Source of the DNA: Eubacteriales bacterium
GTDB lineage: Bacteria; Bacillota; Clostridia; Oscillospirales; CAG-272
Direction: 5' to 3'
Length of the DNA stretch: 54,546 bases
Assembly: GCA_045577415.1 (NCBI GenBank)
Contig: JAZNII010000131.1
Span: forward strand, 1-54,546
The position numbers were made by a program, and so were the translations under genes. The notes under the pieces were generated by a model. The model made no database searches, was not told the DNA's origin, and saw only the letters and a program-made list of their open reading frames with translations. Positions 47,689 through 54,546 of this stretch are shown here, in pieces. Position 1 is the first letter of the stretch, and each line of letters opens with the position of its first letter.

Positions 47689-49041
47689 TTAAAAGGGAAG
47701 CTTCATCTTTCCCATAGCTCTGCGACCTTGCTTGGTCTTGCCCATGTCGGAGAATTGCTTCATAAGCTTTTTGATCTGGTCGTACTGCTTGAGCAGCTTG
47801 TTGACCTCCTCGACCGAGGTTCCGCTACCCTTGGCAACTCGGAGCTTTCTTGACGCGTTCAGCATTTCGGGATGCTCGCGCTCTTTTTTTGTCATGGATT
47901 TGATGATCGCTTCTTGGTGAATAAGCACCTTTTCGTCGAGCTTTGCATCTTTTAAGGCGCCCGGCTTCATTCCGGGGAGCATGCCCGCGATCTGATCGAG
48001 ACCGCCCATGTTCTTCAGCTGAGCCATTTGTTCAAGATAATCGTCGAGAGTGAAGATCTGCTGACGGAGTCTTTCCTCCATCTCAGCCGCCTTTTTCTCG
48101 TCGAACTGCGCCTGAGCCTTGTCGATGAGGGTCAGCACGTCGCCCATGCCGAGGATTCGGCGAGCCATTCTGTCAGGGTGGAAGGGTTCAATCTGATCCA
48201 GCTTTTCACCAACACCGATGAACTTTATGGGCTTGCCCGTGATATAACGGACCGACAGCGCCGCGCCACCTCTGGTGTCACCGTCAAGCTTTGTGAGGAT
48301 GACGCCCGTGATGTCGAGCATATTGTTAAAGGTCTCTGCCACGTTTACCGATTCCTGACCGATCATAGCATCTATAGTGAGCAATATTTCGGTAGGTTTG
48401 ACCGCTGCCTTGATGTCCTGAAGCTCTTTCATAAGAACCTCGTCTATCTGGAGTCGTCCTGCGGTATCGATGAATACCGTGTCATAGCCCTTTTGATTAG
48501 CTAATTTAATACCTTCTTTTGCGATCTTGACGGGGGATTCCTTATCTCCCATCTCAAAAACGGGAATATCAAGTTTTTCACCGACCACCTGAAGCTGCTT
48601 GATAGCGGCGGGACGGTAGACATCACATGCTACGAGAAGGGGATTTTTGCCCTGCTTTTTCAGCATACCCGCAAGCTTACCTGCGTGGGTCGTTTTACCT
48701 GCACCCTGAAGACCGACCATCATAATGACGGTGGGGGGATTAGACGCGACCTGGAGCTTTTGGTGAGTGGAACCCATAAGGGTCGCCAACTCCTCGTTTA
48801 CTATCTTGATGACCTGTTGTCCCGGATTCAGGGATTCCAATACAGTCGCGCCGACGGCACGCTCGGAAACGGTCTTTATAAAGTCGCGAACGACCTTGAA
48901 GTTAACGTCGGCTTCAAGCAATGCGAGCTTGATCTCTCTCATGCCCGCTTTGATGTCGGCTTCGGTCAGCTGTCCCTTGTTTTTGAATTTTTTGAAGGCA
49001 TTTTCAAGCTTTTCGCTTAAGCTGCTAAACATATTTGACAT
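47689..49041 (-). CDS. ffh: signal recognition particle protein
   Basis: GLQGAGKTT, DTAGR, TKLDGD.RGGAALS, M-domain. Confidence 0.97.
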   Translation of the reverse strand: MSNMFSSLSEKLENAFKKFKNKGQLTEADIKAGMREIKLALLEADVNFKVVRDFIKTVSERAVGATVLESLNPGQQVIKIVNEELATLMGSTHQKLQVASNPPTVIMMVGLQGAGKTTHAGKLAGMLKKQGKNPLLVACDVYRPAAIKQLQVVGEKLDIPVFEMGDKESPVKIAKEGIKLANQKGYDTVFIDTAGRLQIDEVLMKELQDIKAAVKPTEILLTIDAMIGQESVNVAETFNNMLDITGVILTKLDGDTRGGAALSVRYITGKPIKFIGVGEKLDQIEPFHPDRMARRILGMGDVLTLIDKAQAQFDEKKAAEMEERLRQQIFTLDDYLEQMAQLKNMGGLDQIAGMLPGMKPGALKDAKLDEKVLIHQEAIIKSMTKKEREHPEMLNASRKLRVAKGSGTSVEEVNKLLKQYDQIKKLMKQFSDMGKTKQGRRAMGKMKLPF

Positions 49042-49148
49042 AAAAAATACCTCCTTAAATATTAGTGAAAAGTGAAGAGTGAAGAGTGAAAAAGTAAGGT
49101 CGAAATCCGCGAGCGGTTTTCTTCATTATAATTAATAAATAGATTTCG

Positions 49149-49481
49149 TCAACCTACGGTTTCGAGCAGAAGTCTTATTTCATTTTCGATCTCGCATGTG
49201 TCGGCTCCGTCTTCGCAAAGAGAGAGAGCCTTTTCGGCGTGCTTTTGAGCGTCCTCAAACTTTTTGGCAAGTCCAAGCTTCTCCTCGTAGAAGAAAAGCT
49301 CCTCCTCGGCTTTTTTGATAAGGTCGCGTACACCCTGACGGGAAATGCCCATCTCCTCGGCTATCTCGGAAAGAGACATATCATTATTATAATAGAAGTC
49401 AAGAGCGTCTCTGCGCCTGTCGGTAAGGACGTCTCCGTAAAAGTCGAGCAAAAAACCGATATTCAGATCTTTTGTGAACAT
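49149..49481 (-). CDS. ylxM: YlxM-family protein
   Basis: LLDFYGDVLT, SLSEIAE, SRQGV, YEEKL; upstream of ffh. Confidence 0.9.
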   Translation of the reverse strand: MFTKDLNIGFLLDFYGDVLTDRRRDALDFYYNNDMSLSEIAEEMGISRQGVRDLIKKAEEELFFYEEKLGLAKKFEDAQKHAEKALSLCEDGADTCEIENEIRLLLETVG

Positions 49482-49659
49482 TTCAGGCTTCCTCCGACAA
49501 TTTCAGACGTTTTTACACCGAAGTTTTTGGTGTAAAGCAAAACACTTTACAGATTATAACACCTTTCTTTCATTATGTCAATAGTTTTTTGAAAAAATTT
49601 TTAAAAATGTAATTTTTCTTGAAAAGACCCTCTTTGGAGCGTTTGAACTGTCAATGAAT

Positions 49660-49677
49660 TATGAATGAATATTCATT
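49660..49677. promoter_or_regulatory. ArgR (ARG) box
   Basis: TGAAT-GAAT-ATTCA core upstream of amino-acid ABC operon. Confidence 0.6.
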
Positions 49678-49841
49678 TTTGTAATTAATGCACAATACGC
49701 AACATAAGATATTGAAAAAGTGCGATAAAATATACGAATTTCAATAAAATTTGAAAAATGTATTGACAAGTGCAGACAGAAGTGGTAAAATGTATACACA
49801 ACAAAAAAACTAATTTTTATTCATTCAGGAGGAATAAAACA

Positions 49842-50756
49842 ATGAAAAAATTCATCGCACTCGCACTCGTATTGGTTACAGCTTTGAGCTGTATGGTAAT
49901 GTTTACCGCATGCACGGAAGAAGAAAGCTTTTCCGCAGCTTACGATAAGGCACTCGCAAACATCGATTACGATGCATCCAAGTACACCGAGACACTTGTT
50001 GTTGCAATGTCTCCCGACTTCGCTCCCATGGAGTTCTACGACACCGCTAAGTCCGGCGACGATGCAATAGTTGGTTTCGATGTTCTTCTCGCTACCTACG
50101 TTGCAAAAGAGCTTGGCATGAAGCTCAAGATCGACCCTATGTCCTTCGACGCTTCTATGGCAGCAGTTGCTTCCGGTAACGCAGACCTCGCTATCTCCGG
50201 CTTCTCTTGGACCGCAGAGCGCGCTGAGACCTTCCTTATTTCCGACTACTACGTAGCAGGTGAGAACGAGACCGAGCAGATCCTTATCACCACCAAGGAT
50301 AAGGCAGCGCAGTTCACCGAGGGCAAGACCGACTTCTCGGGTCTTAAGATCGGCGCACAGGGCGGTTCTCTCCAGCAGCTTCTCGTTGAAGAGCAGCTCG
50401 TAACCAAGGGTGCAACTCTTGAACTCTTCGCTAACATCAACGATGCAGCAGTAGCACTTGAAACCGGTGATATCGACGCACTTGCAGTTGCATACGGTAA
50501 CGGTGAGGCTCTTGCAAACGACAGCATCGTTCTTTCCGACTACTACTTTGAGGTAGAAGAGAAGTACAAGAACAACGTAATCCTTCTTAACAAGGATGAT
50601 GCAGAGCTTCTCGAAAAGGTAAACGCGGCACTTGCAAAGGCAATGGCTGCTGACCTTTACGATACTTGGTATGAGGCATGCCAGATCTACGCTGAGGTCA
50701 AGACTCTTGACGAGCTTGGCTATGACGATGAAGGTAACAAGATCACTGCTGAGTAA
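49842..50756 (+). CDS. polar amino-acid ABC transporter substrate-binding lipoprotein (probably arginine)
   Basis: Lipobox-like FTAC, SPDFAPMEF, VGFDV, ISG..TAER; ARG box upstream. Confidence 0.88.
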   Translation: MKKFIALALVLVTALSCMVMFTACTEEESFSAAYDKALANIDYDASKYTETLVVAMSPDFAPMEFYDTAKSGDDAIVGFDVLLATYVAKELGMKLKIDPMSFDASMAAVASGNADLAISGFSWTAERAETFLISDYYVAGENETEQILITTKDKAAQFTEGKTDFSGLKIGAQGGSLQQLLVEEQLVTKGATLELFANINDAAVALETGDIDALAVAYGNGEALANDSIVLSDYYFEVEEKYKNNVILLNKDDAELLEKVNAALAKAMAADLYDTWYEACQIYAEVKTLDELGYDDEGNKITAE

Positions 50757-50835
50757 TTTAAAAAACAGAGCTGCCGCGCTTATTCGGTGCGGCGGCTCGT
50801 GTTATGTTTTATTAACTGAAAAAACGGAGTAAAAT

Positions 50836-51528
50836 ATGTACATAATCACAATGCTTGAGGATATGGTTAAGATCTTCGTCAAAAACTGGGACTTGTTTTT
50901 GATAAGAGGACTCACTGCAACCATACTTCTCTCACTTATGACGGTGTTTTTCGGCACTGTTTTCGGTGCTGTTCTCGCATTTATCAAGACGAGTAGAATA
51001 AAGCCTCTGAAATGGTTGGTCAATGCCGTGGTTGAGGTGATACGAGGCACACCTATGTTGCTTCAATTATATATCAGCACTTTTTTGATTCCCGTGATCA
51101 TTCCTGCCATGAACGAGCTTGAAAACAAAAAGCTTCTTTGTATATCTTTCACCTTGATCCTCAATAGCGCGGCATACGTGTCTGAAATTATACGCTCGGG
51201 AATCGAGGCGGTCGATAAGGGACAGACCGAGGCGGCAAGGAGTCTTGGACTTAACAATGCTACCACTATGATCCAGATAGTTCTTCCCCAAGCGATAAAA
51301 AATATTCTTCCCGCGCTGGGTAATGAGTTTATCACTATCATCAAGGAGACCTCGCTGGCTTCCACCTTCTACGTTGGCGAGCTTATGACTCAATATCACA
51401 TTATCGTCGGCAAGACGCACAATTCGCTCCCGATCCTTATGATAATCGGTGTTATTTACTTCGTACTGAATTTCGTGCTTTCAAAATTGCTCGGTGTGTT
51501 CGAAAGGAGGATGAAGGCTCGTGCTTGA
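50836..51528 (+). CDS. amino-acid ABC transporter permease
   Basis: [38 protein letters not shown]. Confidence 0.92.
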   Translation: MYIITMLEDMVKIFVKNWDLFLIRGLTATILLSLMTVFFGTVFGAVLAFIKTSRIKPLKWLVNAVVEVIRGTPMLLQLYISTFLIPVIIPAMNELENKKLLCISFTLILNSAAYVSEIIRSGIEAVDKGQTEAARSLGLNNATTMIQIVLPQAIKNILPALGNEFITIIKETSLASTFYVGELMTQYHIIVGKTHNSLPILMIIGVIYFVLNFVLSKLLGVFERRMKARA

Positions 51529-52495
51529 GGTTAAAAATCAAATTGAAGAAAACGTTATTCTCGACATAAAGAATATATATAAGAACTTCGGCAAGCTCGA
51601 AGTTTTAAAGGGAGTATCCACCAAGATAAAGAAGGGCGAGGTCGTGGCTGTTATAGGCGCGTCGGGTTCGGGTAAATCCACTCTTTTGCGTTGTATGAAC
51701 CTGCTTGAAACGCCAACCTTTGGCGAGGTGTGGATGGATGGCAAGCTCTTGACTCCCGTTGATCCTTATCTCCATCCCGAGGTGATCAAAGCGTCCAAAA
51801 TGTACAAAAAGCTTATAAACTCGGGAATGGAGTCCGACGAGGCAGTTGCCAAAATCAAAGCAGAAGATCTTCTCAATGAAAAATTTTCTGCGGCAGAGGG
51901 CAAAGAGTATCAAAAGGCGATGAAGAAGATATATGAGGAGAACCATATAGATATTAATCTTGCCCGTCAGGATATGGGAATGGTTTTCCAGCAGTTCAAC
52001 CTCTTTAATAATAAGACGGTTTTGGAGAACATAACTCTTGCTCCCATGAAAACACGCGCCAAGCAGATGATGAAAGAGGGAAAGAGTAAAAAAGAGGTCA
52101 AGGAATACTTTGACAAAAAGGCTATGGATCTTCTTACGCGCATCGGTCTTGAAGACAAGGCAAACGCCTACCCCTCAACCCTTTCGGGAGGACAAAAGCA
52201 GAGAATCGCTATAGTTCGCGCTTTGGCTATGGATCCCAAGGTCATACTTTTTGACGAGCCGACAAGCGCGCTCGACCCTGAGATGGTCGGAGAGGTGCTT
52301 GATCTTATGAAAAAGCTGGCAGATGAGGGTATGACGATGGTCATCGTAACTCACGAAATGGGCTTTGCCCGTGAGGTTGCGGATAGAATTCTCTTTGTTT
52401 GCGACGGAGAGATCGCCGAGGAGGCGCCGCCGCAGGAGTTCTTTGACAATCCTAAGCACCCGAGACTTCAGCAATTTTTGAAGTGTGTGCTTTGA
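51521..52495 (+). CDS. amino-acid ABC transporter ATPase
   Basis: [38 protein letters not shown]. Confidence 0.92.
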   Translation: MLEVKNQIEENVILDIKNIYKNFGKLEVLKGVSTKIKKGEVVAVIGASGSGKSTLLRCMNLLETPTFGEVWMDGKLLTPVDPYLHPEVIKASKMYKKLINSGMESDEAVAKIKAEDLLNEKFSAAEGKEYQKAMKKIYEENHIDINLARQDMGMVFQQFNLFNNKTVLENITLAPMKTRAKQMMKEGKSKKEVKEYFDKKAMDLLTRIGLEDKANAYPSTLSGGQKQRIAIVRALAMDPKVILFDEPTSALDPEMVGEVLDLMKKLADEGMTMVIVTHEMGFAREVADRILFVCDGEIAEEAPPQEFFDNPKHPRLQQFLKCVL

Positions 52496-52598
52496 TATAA
52501 ATTTAAGGCTCTGTCACTTTATATGACTGATTTTTAACACTTTTTGTAGAGGAGAGCATTTTCTCTCCTCTACTCGACATATTGGAATTGGACGAGCA

Positions 52599-53648
52599 TT
52601 ATTCACCATAAACAATATAACAGGTTAATCCATTACCATTTACGTAGACCGACTGACAGTTGCCATCCAAATCTAACGTCCAAAAATCCACACACCACAT
52701 ATTCGAAGTCTCATCATAGGATACGGATATTGTATCGTATTCAATCGTAAGCTCAAACTCTGCTCTTATGATTGCATCTATTGCACCTGTAATCTCAGAT
52801 TCAACGGCAGGGTTGTTAAAGTTTTCGTGCTTTACACCGGGATCGCCTATCTTGTAATATTCAAGTGCTTGAGCGTAGCTGAATTCTCGTATTTCGCTTA
52901 TAAAGGTATAGGACTCATTGCAACGGGTGCAACTGAAAGTGGTTTTGCCCTCGGCTGTTTTTTCTGACCAACTATGATTTGGCAAAACTAACTCTCCATC
53001 AGCAAATTGTTCCATTTTACACTCAGAACATACATAGCTAACGCTTATATGCCAACAGCCGGTATCTTGGCTTACAATTTGCCAATTATGCTCACACTCC
53101 TCCTGTTGACCTGTTCCTTGGGAATTTTCAGGTATCTCTACCCATCTATCCTCAATGGTAATTATAACATTTTCGGCAGGCATAGAAAATGTATAACAAG
53201 TAACCGACCAATCATTTGATCCGGTTTCGTTAGGACTTTGCTCAACGCCGTTGACATAAAGCACATAGTAATGTTCTGTAATCGTTTCCAATTCTATGGT
53301 GACTTTTTCTCCCACTTCATAAGAAGATTTCAATTCGTTTAAGATGGGATAATCTTCAGAGTGCGCAATTTCTACGGTGTAAAGAGTTATAGAGGAATCT
53401 GGATTATCAAGATTTATCGAATCGGGATCTGTGTATAGCCTTGTTTCACCGCATTTAGTACATCTATCTTGTGCGGTAGATTCATTTAAATTGCCTATTC
53501 TTTCCCAATCATGCTCACACTCCACATTCGTATTAAGGGTATCATTCGTTGTTTGAGAACCACCGTTTGGGGACAATGCATTGTCACAGCCAACAAAGAC
53601 GAAAAAGCAGAGCAATAATACGATCAGTATTGATAGTGTTCGTTTCAT
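52599..53648 (-). CDS. passenger lipoprotein with CEHxW/CxxC modules
   Basis: Lipobox FVGC; CEHDW..CTKCG, CEHNW..CSEC, HSW..CTRC; YTFSMPAENV (InlB-B-repeat-like). Confidence 0.7.
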   Translation of the reverse strand: MKRTLSILIVLLLCFFVFVGCDNALSPNGGSQTTNDTLNTNVECEHDWERIGNLNESTAQDRCTKCGETRLYTDPDSINLDNPDSSITLYTVEIAHSEDYPILNELKSSYEVGEKVTIELETITEHYYVLYVNGVEQSPNETGSNDWSVTCYTFSMPAENVIITIEDRWVEIPENSQGTGQQEECEHNWQIVSQDTGCWHISVSYVCSECKMEQFADGELVLPNHSWSEKTAEGKTTFSCTRCNESYTFISEIREFSYAQALEYYKIGDPGVKHENFNNPAVESEITGAIDAIIRAEFELTIEYDTISVSYDETSNMWCVDFWTLDLDGNCQSVYVNGNGLTCYIVYGE

Positions 53649-53733
53649 AAAGTTTCCCCCATTCATCAAATTCAAGTTTATGCAACTAACGGAAGAGCAG
53701 GACGATCTGACAAACTACTGTTCCGTTCAGTTT

Positions 53734-54291
53734 TTAATGTTGATAATACATAAGCCAGTAGGATATCACGCTTTTCAGCTTTGGTTTCCTTGGCGTAATT
53801 AACAAAGTTGTGCCAAACAAGGAGTTATTCAAATACTTTGTAGATACACCGTTAAAACCCTTCATAAAGCGTTTAAGCTGGCTGTGGTAGCTGTTTATGT
53901 GCTGAATATTGTAAATCCCTTTCTTGGATTTACCCGTCTTTAACTGCACTAATTCAATGCCGTTTGTATTAGAGAACCTTACATAAGAGTTCATTTTATC
54001 GGTTACAAGTGTTGCAGATGGATCTATTCTACCATCATAAAGACGGTGCAGATCTTTGGTTGATACTCTGCCCGTGTTAGAAACTTTGGCAATAGACATG
54101 CCATTTCTATTTACGGCACAAGGTACACAAACCTTTTAACTTGATAAACCACGCACGTGGGTTGAATGACCTCTTTGGTGAGGCTCACGGGGCATAGTGA
54201 ACTTTTTGCTCAAGAGAATAGTTTTAAGACGCTCTTGGTCGGTTGGACTTAATTTATCGATTTTATCTAAAATATCTTTAATAGCAGACAT
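53734..54291 (-). pseudogene. IS1595-family DDE transposase, internally deleted and nonsense-disrupted
   Basis: MSAIKDILDKI... fused to KFTMPREPHQRG..RGLSS*KVCVPCAVNRNG; LVTD, HINSYHSQLKRFM..FNGVSTKYLNN. Confidence 0.8.
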
Positions 54292-54402
54292 TGAAATCAA
54301 CTCCTATGTTTTTATCTACTATTATTATAGCATATTTTTATGAAAAAATCAACCATTTAGTCTGACATAGCCAAATTTAAAAACCGCAGAAGCTGAAAAG
54401 TT

Positions 54403-54546
54403 TGCACAAGTCCGTTAAAAACGGACAATTGAAAAAAACACCCTCCTATGGTAGAATAGATATATCTACCATAGGAGGGATTTTTATGTCCAGAGCATAC
54501 CGTCATATAGAACAATATGCAGAAGAGATACTACGCTTGAAAGCAG
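54403..54546 (+). mobile_element. left end of probable IS3-family element with orfA start at 54486 (runs off window)
   Basis: TG...GGACA end-like sequence, RBS-containing hairpin, MSRAYRHIEQYAEEILRLKA HTH-type start; left boundary approximate. Confidence 0.5.

Larger units (their letters stand above)
52507..54372 (-). mobile_element. IS1595-family element with passenger gene (non-autonomous)
   Basis: Imperfect TIRs GGCTCTGTCACTTTATATGACTGATTTTT / GGCTATGTCAGACTAAATGGTTGATTTTT; 8-bp TSD AAATTTAA at 52499-52506 and 54373-54380. Confidence 0.8.

Noticed and set aside
49560-49841. T-box or riboswitch before the amino-acid ABC operon
   Set aside because: No T-box GGTGG-ACC motif or terminator; an ARG box explains the regulation

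Overview
This window is chromosomal DNA from a spore-forming, gut/rumen-type Clostridia bacterium (inferred from gene content). Most of it is housekeeping: rplU-prp-rpmA, cwlD, glyA, guaB, KDG catabolism, pdxK/pdxR, nrdR, a GerA/SpoVAF gene, a reduced dcw cluster ending in sigG with an inverted ftsZ-radC pair, khpA-rpsP-ffh-ylxM and an ARG-box amino-acid ABC transporter. The standout is an ~8.5 kb phage-derived HEAD-ONLY module (37306-45842) between core genes. It has a CI/LexA-like repressor, a perfect sigma-A promoter containing an SOS-box-like site, and a ~315-nt multi-stem structured leader RNA. Eight genes follow: two small ORFs, TerS, TerL, portal, its own Prp cysteine protease, scaffold and an N4-gp56-type major capsid with a Prp-cleavage motif, then one more conserved ORF and a clean terminator. 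No integrase, replication, tail or lysis genes are present, so it is a candidate domesticated gene-transfer-agent-like or tailless capsid system. Also seen: a tandem duplication of the guaB/cyuA junction holding two different cargo cassettes, an IS1595-family element (8-bp TSD) carrying a passenger lipoprotein, a decaying dgoA/dgoK-like pair, an IS3-family start at the right edge, and several palindromic repeat families. All family calls are by motif recognition only; no database search was run.
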